Part shown: piece after piece, positions 1-9,264 of the stretch | Layout: each line of letters opens with the position of its first letter | How positions within the stretch are numbered: position 1 is the stretch's first letter | Virus record (IMG/VR): IMGVR_UViG_3300009060_000001 | Span: 3,826 to 67,825 of that record | Direction: 5' to 3' (one strand) | Length of the DNA: 64,000 bases | From: a virus | Made by a program: the position numbers and the translations under genes | Notes under the pieces: model-generated | Told to the model about the DNA's origin: nothing | The model's input: the letters and a program-made list of their open reading frames with translations, nothing else | The model's database searches: none

Positions 1-934
1 CTTCAAATTCGAGGATCTGAAACTGGCCAAGTATGCTGGCCAAAGGTTCTCTAAATTTTTCTTGCGCATACTGTTGGGCTTGCTCTTTTGTCATTCCTCC
101 GGCTTCAATAGCTTTCTGTTTTCGGGATACGCTCCGGGAATCGTATTGCTCCCACCAATCAAGATATTCTTTGTCGTTAAGCCAGGTACTTGACATCGGG
201 ATGCCTTGACGATCATCGCCTTCTCGATCTGCCATCGCTGCGCGAAAGACAACGGCGCCTTTGATAATCTTCTGCGGATCTTCGCCTTCCTTCTCCAGTA
301 GGCGCTTGAAATATTTCTTCGATCGTTGTTTGGGATTCCGATAGTTCGGTCCGCGATCCGGATAATATTTCCAAAACAGATCAAATAATTCTTCCAATGA
401 TTTCCCATACCACTTACCATTTTTTTCGTCTTGGGGCTCCGGTGAACTTTCTTCACCGGGGCCGAACCCAAATAATGTATCTTGTTTGTTTTTATGTGTA
501 TTAATAGAAGGCGGTGAACTTTCTTCACCATTTTGGTGAACTTTCTTCACCGTATCCGGTGAACTTTCTTCACCATTCGGTTCATTTATCCGGTGAACTT
601 TCTTCACCGATTTCTGAATATCTTCGGGGACTTCCTGGCCAATAGTTATGGCGCGAACCATGAGATTCCATAGCTCCGTAGCCCTAACTTTTCCGGTAGA
701 GTTTTTCTCCAGTAAGCGCGCATCTTCCAGATCTGCATCGCTATATTTATCTACAATTTTAATTGTACTCCGCTTCGAGATACCGGCTATGCTACCAATT
801 TTTTCTCGGCTTTTTTTACACCAATCTTCTTCGTCTGTAAGCCGATTTATTGTGTCAATAACCACATACTCATTATTAGTGAGCCCTAACGCATCCCGAA
901 GATCATGGATTATCTTCGTATAGTATTGTTGCAT
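1..934 (-). CDS. Phage replication initiator (lambda-O/DnaD-like), 3'-partial, runs off the window start
   Basis: Not in the ORF track. Manual translation from ATG at 934 is open to base 1: MQQYYTKIIHDLRDALGLTNNEYVVIDTINRL..WCKKSREKIGSIAGISKRSTIKI (wHTH-like) ... LEELFDLFWKYYP...STWLNDKEYLDWW (typical initiator C-terminal motif). Contains the iteron cluster. Confidence 0.8.
   Translation of the reverse strand, partial: MQQYYTKIIHDLRDALGLTNNEYVVIDTINRLTDEEDWCKKSREKIGSIAGISKRSTIKIVDKYSDADLEDARLLEKNSTGKVRATELWNLMVRAITIGQEVPEDIQKSVKKVHRINEPNGEESSPDTVKKVHQNGEESSPPSINTHKNKQDTLFGFGPGEESSPEPQDEKNGKWYGKSLEELFDLFWKYYPDRGPNYRNPKQRSKKYFKRLLEKEGEDPQKIIKGAVVFRAAMADREGDDRQGIPMSSTWLNDKEYLDWWEQYDSRSVSRKQKAIEAGGMTKEQAQQYAQEKFREPLASILGQFQILEFE
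441..608. repeat. Five copies of the 17-bp iteron GGTGAACTTTCTTCACC (probable replication origin)
   Basis: Exact copies start at 441, 513, 535, 558 and 592. Each has an internal dyad GGTGAA/TTCACC. They lie inside the initiator gene next to an AT-rich stretch at about 470-510. Confidence 0.85.
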
Positions 935-942
935 GGGGTCTA

Positions 943-1506
943 TTAATCTTCACGATCCAACTTTCGCTTTAAAAATTCCATGAGATCTCGTTTAAATACT
1001 TTTGCATGGCTGCCCCGGGGATCGATATAACGATAATCGATCATAAATTGAATAAGCAGTTCGGCCAAATATTCCAACCTAAGATCCTCTATGGCCTTGC
1101 CAGCATGTTCTTTTTGTATATGCTTACGCTCATGCTCTCGGCTATGATTATAAACGCTCTGGAGTAATTTATGAAAGTCATTCAGATTGAACATCAACGC
1201 ATAAAGCTCCATCTCGTAGATCCCTTGGCGTTCATCCTCTTTTACTACCTTAATCGTTGGATGATGGCTAGAGTCCATAAATTTCTGGGCTAGGGGCTTG
1301 GCCAGTAAATCTACAATATAAGATTTCGGAGCAGCATCCAGGTTGTGTGTACCAATTTTACGGGCACTTGTTATTCCATGTTCTTTAAGCCAATCAAAAA
1401 TTTCCCGGGGAACAAAGGTAGTTTCCGCCAGCAGCTTTAAAAAAAGCTCGCGGTCAGGGAGATCGATATTTTTATTATGGGGCATAAGCCAGGGGTTAAA
1501 ATTCAA
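943..1506 (-). CDS. Hypothetical protein
   Basis: 187-aa ORF tightly packed in the leftward operon; start uncertain. Confidence 0.65.
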   Translation of the reverse strand: MNFNPWLMPHNKNIDLPDRELFLKLLAETTFVPREIFDWLKEHGITSARKIGTHNLDAAPKSYIVDLLAKPLAQKFMDSSHHPTIKVVKEDERQGIYEMELYALMFNLNDFHKLLQSVYNHSREHERKHIQKEHAGKAIEDLRLEYLAELLIQFMIDYRYIDPRGSHAKVFKRDLMEFLKRKLDRED

Positions 1507-2077
1507 AAGGTATATGAGAAGCTTTGGGGTCTTTACTTACTTCCAACTCACGTATGGTACGCGCCGGGACACTGAAAAAATTAAGTTGGCCTTTATAGGG
1601 AATGAATTTAAGGGGGACTGCATGTTGCAACTGAAATCCAATCGGACCGGTGAACCAACAGTTATCCATTTCTGTAACGACATCGACCATATTACATACT
1701 CCAACAATACCACCGGTTCTAAATTCCTTCGGGCGCGGAAGATAATTTAAATCATCCATACCAGTATCCATATAAGCATATCCATCAAAATCAAATGTTT
1801 TAGAAGCGTGAATGAGTAAAGGCCCCCGATAGGATGGTTCGTATTTCCAGTCCCGGTTTTCGACCGGTTTAAATCGATTTACGATGGCCCAGGCCCAAGG
1901 CTGGCGTATGCTAAGAGCCCTGGTTTCTGTTGGGATCTCAAATAGCTTGTCCCAAGTTACACCGCGATCATCAATAATGGTATTGGAAGTTATTGATGCA
2001 CCCTGGTGATTCAAATTATAGAAACCCAACCAAAGATCTGCTTTATTATCTCTTACAATTTTAAACTTATTTCCCAT
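1496..2077 (-). CDS. ASCH domain protein
   Basis: ALSIRQPWAWAIVNRFKPVENRDW...YRGPLLIHAS...GGIVG...KGQLNFF, the ASCH signature. Confidence 0.9.
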   Translation of the reverse strand: MGNKFKIVRDNKADLWLGFYNLNHQGASITSNTIIDDRGVTWDKLFEIPTETRALSIRQPWAWAIVNRFKPVENRDWKYEPSYRGPLLIHASKTFDFDGYAYMDTGMDDLNYLPRPKEFRTGGIVGVCNMVDVVTEMDNCWFTGPIGFQLQHAVPLKFIPYKGQLNFFSVPARTIRELEVSKDPKASHIPFEF

Positions 2078-2358
2078 TATCCTTTTTCTAAATTATTGAG
2101 TACAAATTCTTTTCCGGCATCAGTAACGATGAAATGATAATACATTGCTTCCCCGGTTTTGGAAATCATATTCTCTTTTTTCTTAGAATATTTCATAAAT
2201 CCCCTTTCAACTAATTTCATAAGATCAGCGAAAGGTTCCGTATTATCCCAAGCATAATATCGGTTCCGATAGGGCTCATCTACGCCAGGCTTATCCAGTC
2301 CCAGCGCGTGAACCATCTTGCTAAATTGTGAATCTGTTATATTAGCTTCTTTAAACAT
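2077..2358 (-). CDS. Hypothetical protein (small wHTH-like)
   Basis: MVHALGLD..PYRNRY..LVERGFM..FIVTDAGKEFV; coupled to neighbouring genes. Confidence 0.65.
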   Translation of the reverse strand: MFKEANITDSQFSKMVHALGLDKPGVDEPYRNRYYAWDNTEPFADLMKLVERGFMKYSKKKENMISKTGEAMYYHFIVTDAGKEFVLNNLEKG

Positions 2359-3511
2359 TGGCTGGATCTCCGATTAATCTGTGAATTTGTTTGGGCCATT
2401 TATGGATCAATCGATCGGGCCCCGGGGGGTTTTTTAATCCCTGCTTCTGCATAACTAATCCGCCTTGGGGTAAAGAGTTTCCGGGATCATAGGTAAAGAA
2501 CTTATCACCATTCCAATATCCATGCTGGCTTAAACTATCCTCTTTAAAATCGGGATGAAGCTCATCTATCCAAGCCCCATACTGTTTAAAGAAATAGGCT
2601 ACGTCATGTTCTTGGCATTGAACGCGGATTTCATGTTCCCAAGCTGGTTTCATGGGCCGGGCGTGGTGGCCGGATTCTCCGCCGGTTATCACCCAATCGA
2701 TCGCCATAGGGCCATCGGCTCTACCTTCATTGATGCTATCCTGCAATAATGTTGCAGCATGGGGATCATTGTAAAGTTGGGCTTTTATTCGATCCAGTGT
2801 AGAAAGATGGTTCGAAAGATCCAGTGGACCAATTAACGGTTCGCAGCTAAGAAATTTCATATCAGCTGGCGTATTAACTAAAGGCAGAATCCGTTCATGT
2901 AAAACTTCCTGGCTTTCAATACTTGTGCCTACTCCAACGTTTAACAGGTAGCCACGATTACCATAGGCCCGGGACACTTTTTGGCGCGCATTCTCGATAT
3001 TATCAAACCAAAAGGTAGCTGCTGCCATCGGCCCGGTAACTCTGCCATCCAAGGTTTCTGCCCAAGTACGGCGGAGATGTTTCATCATTCGCTTAGGGCG
3101 CTTGGTAAGGATTAAAAAATAGTGCCTGGGAGCCAGCGCCATCGCTGCAAACACTCGATCGATAGTTTCCTGCTTAACTTCCGGATGAAATAAATCGCTC
3201 ATCGAGTTAACAAATACAATGCTGGGTTTCTGCCAGCGGATAGGATCTTGAAGTCGATCGGGCAGATCTACAATTTTCCCATTCCATTTGGCTTCGTACT
3301 TCTCTTTCTCCGGATTGTACTTTACAATTTTTTGATAGGCTTTTTGAACCTTGGTTGGATTATCACGAACCCGGCCTTGATTGGCCACACGCGCGGACAT
3401 GGTAAGCGCATAGCAATTTTGGCAGCCCTTACTCTTTTTGTCGCATCCCAAGATCATGTTCCACGACCGGCCATTTTCGCCAGTCCATTCTATATCGGTT
3501 TTACTACTCAT
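2351..3511 (-). CDS. Phage Gp37/Gp68 (DUF5131) family protein
   Basis: TDIEWT..WNMILGCDKKSKGCQNCYA (Cys cluster), FVNSMSDLFH, LTKRP, FLSCEPL, WVITGGESG, FFKQYG. Confidence 0.92.
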   Translation of the reverse strand: MSSKTDIEWTGENGRSWNMILGCDKKSKGCQNCYALTMSARVANQGRVRDNPTKVQKAYQKIVKYNPEKEKYEAKWNGKIVDLPDRLQDPIRWQKPSIVFVNSMSDLFHPEVKQETIDRVFAAMALAPRHYFLILTKRPKRMMKHLRRTWAETLDGRVTGPMAAATFWFDNIENARQKVSRAYGNRGYLLNVGVGTSIESQEVLHERILPLVNTPADMKFLSCEPLIGPLDLSNHLSTLDRIKAQLYNDPHAATLLQDSINEGRADGPMAIDWVITGGESGHHARPMKPAWEHEIRVQCQEHDVAYFFKQYGAWIDELHPDFKEDSLSQHGYWNGDKFFTYDPGNSLPQGGLVMQKQGLKNPPGPDRLIHKWPKQIHRLIGDPANV

Positions 3512-3617
3512 ACTAATCCCAATTAAAAAGTTGTTATTTCATCTGCTGGTTTCTCGGATAAAATAAGATTAAAATTAAAATTGCTATCAAGAATTCAAGT
3601 ATTAACTTCCATTTCAT

Positions 3618-4205
3618 TTATACTTCGCCATCATCGTTTATTTCTCCTGTTTGTTTGTCGATTCGGATTTGATTGATAGGTAAGGCGCAGGATGGATCCC
3701 TTTGGCAAGCTATCTTCATAGCCACCCGGGGATCCACCTGGTTGGAGTCCATTGCGCCATACACATATTTGCGACCGCTACCGATCGCCATATATGTTTC
3801 TTCTATTACTTCATAAAAAGCAGCATCGAGATAATAGATTTTATTTTCGACCTTTATAAACCGGCAATGACTAAAATCAAAATCGCGGTATAACTCGAAC
3901 CCTATTTCGCTGGCCTTATCAATAATCAATTCAATGATTTCTTCGGGGGTATATTCCAGTTTGGGCGGAATCTTGTTTTGGAAATGCTTTCTTTCAGAAT
4001 GATTGTAAAAAGATTTATGGATCTCTCGCGCTGCGCGATGCCATACCTGTGATTTAGAGCAACAGCCAACATCTGCAACTAATATATCATTGAATCTGTA
4101 AACTTTTTTACCGGCGCGAATTTCCATTAATCCGGAATATTTCCGACCGCTATCAGAAAGGATCTTATATTGATCGCCTTCATCAATCGCTAAAATAACA
4201 CTCAT
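3618..4205 (-). CDS. Ntn-hydrolase / proteasome-beta / HslV-like protease
   Basis: N-terminal (M)SVILAI, SDS, K33-like KKV, YMAIGSG..Y..GAM, and A.KIACQRDPSC, matching the proteasome-beta pattern. Confidence 0.7.
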   Translation of the reverse strand: MSVILAIDEGDQYKILSDSGRKYSGLMEIRAGKKVYRFNDILVADVGCCSKSQVWHRAAREIHKSFYNHSERKHFQNKIPPKLEYTPEEIIELIIDKASEIGFELYRDFDFSHCRFIKVENKIYYLDAAFYEVIEETYMAIGSGRKYVYGAMDSNQVDPRVAMKIACQRDPSCALPINQIRIDKQTGEINDDGEV

Positions 4206-4232
4206 GGGGAGAATTTTGGGGTTATAACTAAA

Positions 4233-5348
4233 TTAAAATGGGAGATCGTCCATATCATCCATCGCATCGACCATCCGTTGCATCCAGTCCTGAAATTGCT
4301 CTGGAGAAATAAGGTAATTATGTTTGCCCGATTTATGCTTTTTTACATTCGTTTTAATTTCTTGCAGCCAGTCCCGATCCAGGAAAACACCTTGGGGATC
4401 ATCTTCATCGAATTTACTGATATTAGAAATAAGCTGCTGCATCTGCTTTTCATTTATACCCTTTTTCTGCGACTGGCTTTGTTTCTGGCTACCTTTATTC
4501 TGGCTTTTTGGGGACTGCTTGCTTCGTGTGTTCCCTTTATTTTTTGGGCTCTTATTCTTCTTATTCGTTGATCCTCCGGAACCGTTTCCTTTGCCATTAC
4601 CAGAATTGATGTTAGGATTGTTTTCGTGAACGATGGTAGTATTAATATTATCCAACCGCTTCTGAATTTTTGAGTCAACAAAATCGATCAATCGCTCGGC
4701 CTTTTCATAGGATACGCTATCGCAATCTTCTTCCCAGCTATCAATCACTTCCTGAAATTTTGCTTCGCTATCATCTTCCAGATACTTTATTAAGCGCTGC
4801 ATCCTCCGGAACTGTTCTGGAGTCATATACTTTGGCAGAAATTCTTTCGGCAATACCGGCCGGTCCCATCGAACGGTAAAATCCCAGGATTTCTTTGAAA
4901 ACTTATCGTAGGAATCCCATTCATCCTGTGGGCGTTTGATGGCATAGAGCTGGGGAACAAACTGCGTGTATAATCCTACGTCCCACTGCTCGGCAGCCCG
5001 GCGAAGCGATTTACTGGATACGCTTTTAACCATATCAATATTACTGGCTGTATCCATTGCAGCGCCATCCCAATTTGGGATCCATTCATCCCCATATCGC
5101 AAAAGGATAGCCTGGTAGAGCCCGGCATTACCAAGTGTAATCAATTCATTCTTCCAATTACCCTTTCCGCAAACAATATTAAAGCGCGTAATGATAGATT
5201 CCCTTCGCACGTAAGGAGCAACGGCAATAACCGCCTTATTATAAGAATCTCCATAACTAAAGTTACTCACCCATTCCAGATCCCGGAATGCAAAAGGCCG
5301 TTTTAGGCGCTCAACGGCGCGTTCAAAATCAAATTCCTTTTTACTCAT
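4233..5348 (-). CDS. Sak / Rad52-Rad22 family ssDNA annealing protein with SSB-like C-terminal tail
   Basis: LKRPF..DLEW...YVRRESIITRFNIVCG..NWKNE...WDGA...KSLRRAAEQWDVGLY; ends DDMDDLPF. Start moved to ATG 5348. Confidence 0.8.
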   Translation of the reverse strand: MSKKEFDFERAVERLKRPFAFRDLEWVSNFSYGDSYNKAVIAVAPYVRRESIITRFNIVCGKGNWKNELITLGNAGLYQAILLRYGDEWIPNWDGAAMDTASNIDMVKSVSSKSLRRAAEQWDVGLYTQFVPQLYAIKRPQDEWDSYDKFSKKSWDFTVRWDRPVLPKEFLPKYMTPEQFRRMQRLIKYLEDDSEAKFQEVIDSWEEDCDSVSYEKAERLIDFVDSKIQKRLDNINTTIVHENNPNINSGNGKGNGSGGSTNKKNKSPKNKGNTRSKQSPKSQNKGSQKQSQSQKKGINEKQMQQLISNISKFDEDDPQGVFLDRDWLQEIKTNVKKHKSGKHNYLISPEQFQDWMQRMVDAMDDMDDLPF

Positions 5349-5625
5349 TTGGTTTCTCGGTTTTTTGATTGAAATCCCAATACCACTCAGTGGTAAACTT
5401 GACAATTCGGCTGCGCAAATGCTTACTTGTGGCCCGGCCAGCTGCTACATTATTAATTAAGGAGGATTGAACTGTTGGATCAAAATCCTTTAACAACATT
5501 TTACTACCATCCTTTTCAATAAAGTGATCGCCTTTTTTGTCAAAAAGACCATAATTGATCCGGGCCATCTCAAATTCGTTTGATATATCTGGATAATAAT
5601 GTCCAGGCTTGATCTTCTTCGCCAT
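5341..5625 (-). CDS. Hypothetical protein
   Basis: 94-aa ORF overlapping the annealase start. Confidence 0.65.
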   Translation of the reverse strand: MAKKIKPGHYYPDISNEFEMARINYGLFDKKGDHFIEKDGSKMLLKDFDPTVQSSLINNVAAGRATSKHLRSRIVKFTTEWYWDFNQKTEKPNE

Positions 5626-5681
5626 GTGATAAATATATTTACTATGTAGTTAAAGTTCCAAATGCTTTGTAGTGCGATACA

Positions 5682-5963
5682 CTACGATTCAAGATCACAG
5701 TTTTGTTCCAGTGTGCGCCGAATCATATCAGAAATTTCCGGATCTAACCTGGACTCTCCGAATACATTAATCATATTATTCAGCAAAACTTTATAACGTT
5801 TGTGAGCATTCAAACGTCTTTCTAAACTATCTATAAAATTCGTTAATTGGGTGGCATCTTTGGCTCGAACAGGATCTTTGTTAATTAAAATATCTTTGTC
5901 TGGAGTTCGCAAATAGAAATAACTACCCGAGCTGTTTTTAATATATTTGATCCGGTTTCCCAA
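5682..5963 (-). CDS. Hypothetical protein
   Basis: 93-aa ORF, TTG start; first gene of the leftward block. Confidence 0.5.
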   Translation of the reverse strand: MGNRIKYIKNSSGSYFYLRTPDKDILINKDPVRAKDATQLTNFIDSLERRLNAHKRYKVLLNNMINVFGESRLDPEISDMIRRTLEQNCDLES

Positions 5964-5966
5964 AAT

Positions 5967-5996
5967 ATTGACTGTGTAGATAAATTTCTTTACTCT
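5967..5996 (+). promoter_or_regulatory. Sigma70-like promoter for the rightward block
   Basis: TTGACT-17 nt-TACTCT upstream of ATG 6032. Confidence 0.5.
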
Positions 5997-6031
5997 TAGG
6001 ATAACAAATCCGAAGCAAAGATCACAGGCGG

Positions 6032-6334
6032 ATGGCCAAGAAGAAAAAGTATTCTAAAAAAGAAACAATCTACTTTCAGACTCTTATCGTAACTTTTGAA
6101 CATCCCGAAACCGGCAAGGAAACTACACGCCGGTTCGTTGGTAAAGCTTTATTCACACCCGAAGTTCTGGATGAAATGATCGAAGCCGATATGGAGATGC
6201 CTGATATACTTTATTTAGAAAACATGGAGCGACCTTTCAAAATCGAGATTGATGGCGAAGATGAGCGAAGTGTTGAGATCCATCAAAAACTTGTAGAAAT
6301 AGAACGTAAACGAATGCAACAGGAAGGTAACTAA
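6032..6334 (+). CDS. Hypothetical protein
   Basis: 100-aa ORF coupled to the next gene. Confidence 0.7.
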   Translation: MAKKKKYSKKETIYFQTLIVTFEHPETGKETTRRFVGKALFTPEVLDEMIEADMEMPDILYLENMERPFKIEIDGEDERSVEIHQKLVEIERKRMQQEGN

Positions 6335-6744
6335 TGGACAAGGATTTACAGCAGCAGCTTATACGAAATTTAAATCAGATGTTTGCTATAACCGTAGAAT
6401 CCCGGAGAATTATCAATAAAATTGTGAACGAAACTCATAGCCCTTGGATGATTACGGCATCATTGAATCTTAATATCAGCATCAATTATTTAAAAGGATT
6501 TTATCATTATACCCAGCTATCAACAGATGAAATAGATGCCGTTGAAGTTGTGGATACCGATAATGTTCAGGACTATCTCATGCTCTTTGGGAGTTGTCTG
6601 GGGGATGTAATACAGATTTATGAAACCAACAACTTCCAATCATTGATAGCAGAAAAGAATTGGAATCCGGTCCTCACCGAACTGCTTATAGGTTTTTATC
6701 ATAACGTTTTTGAAGCAAAATGTACCATCGAGCTCCAAATATAA
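6334..6744 (+). CDS. Hypothetical protein
   Basis: 136-aa ORF, TAATG overlap. Confidence 0.7.
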   Translation: MDKDLQQQLIRNLNQMFAITVESRRIINKIVNETHSPWMITASLNLNISINYLKGFYHYTQLSTDEIDAVEVVDTDNVQDYLMLFGSCLGDVIQIYETNNFQSLIAEKNWNPVLTELLIGFYHNVFEAKCTIELQI

Positions 6745-6766
6745 ACCGCAACCAACACAACCATAT

Positions 6767-7159
6767 ATGAATAAATCCTCACATTTCAACCGATTAAGTA
6801 ATGTTATTTCTATAACAGTTATTTTTGTTGTTTTATTTTTGATTGTTGATTATAGCTTGGGAGAAACCTTTACCTGCGAAGGCCATGTGGCAACGCATAC
6901 TTTTGTCAGACAAACCGAAGTGCATTTTCGGCCAGCACCGAAACCTAATGTTTGGATCCCAGTAGACGATTCAACTATTTATGGGCTAGTACTTACCTAT
7001 CAGCATCAAGCTTCGATTATGCCTGTTCCGACCGAATATGCTTACGAAGTAAAAAATGGAGATGTGATTCCATTAAAGGTAAAAACCGGATTTATAACAG
7101 GCCATATTTATAATACCCGAATCGAATATCCAATTTGGGAAAACTGGAAGAAGAAATAG
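6767..7159 (+). CDS. Membrane-anchored hypothetical protein
   Basis: N-terminal TM segment VISITVIFVVLFLIV; start moved to ATG 6767. Confidence 0.65.
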   Translation: MNKSSHFNRLSNVISITVIFVVLFLIVDYSLGETFTCEGHVATHTFVRQTEVHFRPAPKPNVWIPVDDSTIYGLVLTYQHQASIMPVPTEYAYEVKNGDVIPLKVKTGFITGHIYNTRIEYPIWENWKKK

Positions 7160-7295
7160 ATGGGACGTAAGAAAACCCACGAATATGAATATAAGATAGG
7201 CCGGATGAATTAATGTATATGCACCGTTATAATGCACCTAACTTTGTGCAGTTATCTCAATGTGAATATGAAACCCCAAATTAACTTAATTATTT

Positions 7296-7889
7296 ATGTT
7301 ACGATCACCTGATGGAACCCCCCTTTGGAGTGGGAAACCAAACGATAAAGAAAACGAAAAACTACGGGGGGCAAAATTAAACGAAATAGCCCAGGATTTG
7401 AATGATGATGAGCTTTCCGATGAGCAGAAAGTACTTAGGTATGGATCTCATCTGGAATGGTTTTTAGAACAAACCCGAATGCTGCTGGGCGCTCAACAGA
7501 AGGCCCAAAGCGAAGGAGTTTTTGATGTATCAATACACACTGTTGGAATTGCTAATGGGCTTATTCTGGCTTCGGCTATCTTCCTGGGAGAACAGGGGGA
7601 CCCTCCTACGCGGAAGATCCCTAATAAGCTGCGCCATCGAAGCGATGAGCTGCTGGCCGAGAAAGTGAAAGGATTTATTATAACTTTGATTACGCAGCTG
7701 GAAGCTGTTATCTGCATAGAAGATAACAAACCCAAGGGCTACGGAGAATACGATGTGCAGGAAGCCTATGCGCGGTGGCATAATGATACTGTTGAGCATT
7801 TAAACAACTGCCCGGTTTCATTTCCAGAGCTCCAAGCAGCGATTAATCGCATCGGAGAATTTCACCGAAAGAACCATAACGATGAATAA
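7296..7889 (+). CDS. Hypothetical protein
   Basis: 197-aa ORF after a TATAAT box at 7228. Confidence 0.7.
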   Translation: MLRSPDGTPLWSGKPNDKENEKLRGAKLNEIAQDLNDDELSDEQKVLRYGSHLEWFLEQTRMLLGAQQKAQSEGVFDVSIHTVGIANGLILASAIFLGEQGDPPTRKIPNKLRHRSDELLAEKVKGFIITLITQLEAVICIEDNKPKGYGEYDVQEAYARWHNDTVEHLNNCPVSFPELQAAINRIGEFHRKNHNDE

Positions 7890-8307
7890 AGAAGATTATA
7901 CTGAAACTGTGTTGGGGGCTGCGTTTGATGTAGCCCACAATCAGCTTAAGAAGAAGAACATTAGCTTTCCCTTTTGTGTAATCACTGCAATACCCCAAGG
8001 GGACGACAAACAGGAGCAGCTGAAATTTATAGTGCAGCATAATACCGATACCGATCTTCTCCGGAAGATCCTAAAAGAGCTGCTGCAAAAGATGGATACC
8101 AACAGAGCTGTAACTATCGGTCGCTCCCAAATGGGCCAGCGAGCCATCAATGTGTTGCAGATGATCGGCTTCGCGCCGGGAGATCCGCTGCAAGTGCTAC
8201 AAGGCATCAGCTACCATGAGTTGATTAGTGTCCGCAACTGTGGCCCAAAGACCGTAAAGGAGATAACCGATACGCTGGATAAACATAATATACAATGGAA
8301 AAAGTAA
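7882..8307 (+). CDS. Protein with RNA polymerase alpha-CTD-like C-terminal domain
   Basis: RAINVLQMIG...LQGISYHELISVRNCGPKTVKEITDTL resembles the alpha-CTD pattern R..N.L...ELLK..NFG.KSL.EI. Confidence 0.7.
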   Translation: MNKEDYTETVLGAAFDVAHNQLKKKNISFPFCVITAIPQGDDKQEQLKFIVQHNTDTDLLRKILKELLQKMDTNRAVTIGRSQMGQRAINVLQMIGFAPGDPLQVLQGISYHELISVRNCGPKTVKEITDTLDKHNIQWKK

Positions 8308-8310
8308 ACT

Positions 8311-8655
8311 ATGGGATCTGACAAAGGTTTTTTTAGTAGGCTTCGATCAGTGGATCCGGAAGTCAACCAAGACTTCCTTAAGCCGGTATTGCCGGAAGGA
8401 TATATAAGGGAAAAGCCAGAATCAATCCGGCTTCCCAGGGATCGAGAATCTATAAACAAGGCAGTTAAAGAGATAGTAGAAACCAACCTGGAGGAAAACG
8501 ATCCTCATACCGTACAAACGCCGGGCCACCGGCTGCTGGATCGGATCGAACGGCTGGAACGAAAGATCGATCAGATCTTTGGGGATCATGTTCTTATTAA
8601 TGGAAGATGGATTAAAAAGAGTAATTTAACGATAAAGACTGATGGCGAAGATTAG
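8311..8655 (+). CDS. Hypothetical protein
   Basis: 114-aa ORF in operon. Confidence 0.65.
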   Translation: MGSDKGFFSRLRSVDPEVNQDFLKPVLPEGYIREKPESIRLPRDRESINKAVKEIVETNLEENDPHTVQTPGHRLLDRIERLERKIDQIFGDHVLINGRWIKKSNLTIKTDGED

Positions 8656-8851
8656 GACTGGCATTGTAGTAGATAATTATAAACTGGATCGTTTTAAGAA
8701 GAAGCTGGGCAAAAATGATTTTGAAATTGCAGCTACCGAAAAATTCACCGGCACAACTACTTCGATTATTTTATCGGTGGATCCTGATAGAATTCCAGAA
8801 CTGAAAAAGCTATTGGGAGAACTCCAGTTGTATTTTAAAAGGAGGAATTAA
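8642..8851 (+). CDS. Hypothetical protein
   Basis: 69-aa ORF overlapping both neighbours. Confidence 0.6.
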   Translation: MAKIRTGIVVDNYKLDRFKKKLGKNDFEIAATEKFTGTTTSIILSVDPDRIPELKKLLGELQLYFKRRN

Positions 8852-9201
8852 TGGATTATGTGAATATGGATATTGGGATGATGAAACAACAGCTGGATGA
8901 ACTTCATTATACAGAAGGGATTGATACCGTTGCACTGCCCCGGGATGAGTTTAACCGGTTAAATCAAAAGCTTGCCGATTATATGGGCCATCGCATGTTG
9001 TTTCAACTTTCAAAAGAGCGATTCCAGGACCGCATTTTATTTTATGGGGTATCGATTTATCCCACAGATGAAATTGAGGATGGCTGGGAACCCGATGGCC
9101 AGGAAGTGGGATTTGAAGAAAATAATGATCCTTTCGAAACCTTTGATCCGGAAATGTTTGCTGCGGTATTAGAAATGCTTTCGCAGAAAACTAAAGAATA
9201 G
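8851..9201 (+). CDS. Hypothetical protein
   Basis: 116-aa ORF with AGGAGG upstream. Confidence 0.7.
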   Translation: MDYVNMDIGMMKQQLDELHYTEGIDTVALPRDEFNRLNQKLADYMGHRMLFQLSKERFQDRILFYGVSIYPTDEIEDGWEPDGQEVGFEENNDPFETFDPEMFAAVLEMLSQKTKE

Positions 9202-9264
9202 ATTCGAAGCAACTGTTCGGAAATTCCGGACAGTTTATATATCTAACCTAAAACACATAGTACT

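Noticed and set aside
91-531. 146-aa minus ORF from the track
   Set aside because: Out-of-frame shadow of the longer initiator frame starting at 934
441-608. Repeats as a mini CRISPR array
   Set aside because: Repeats are 17 bp with irregular 5-55 bp spacing, lie inside a CDS, and no cas genes are present; they fit iterons
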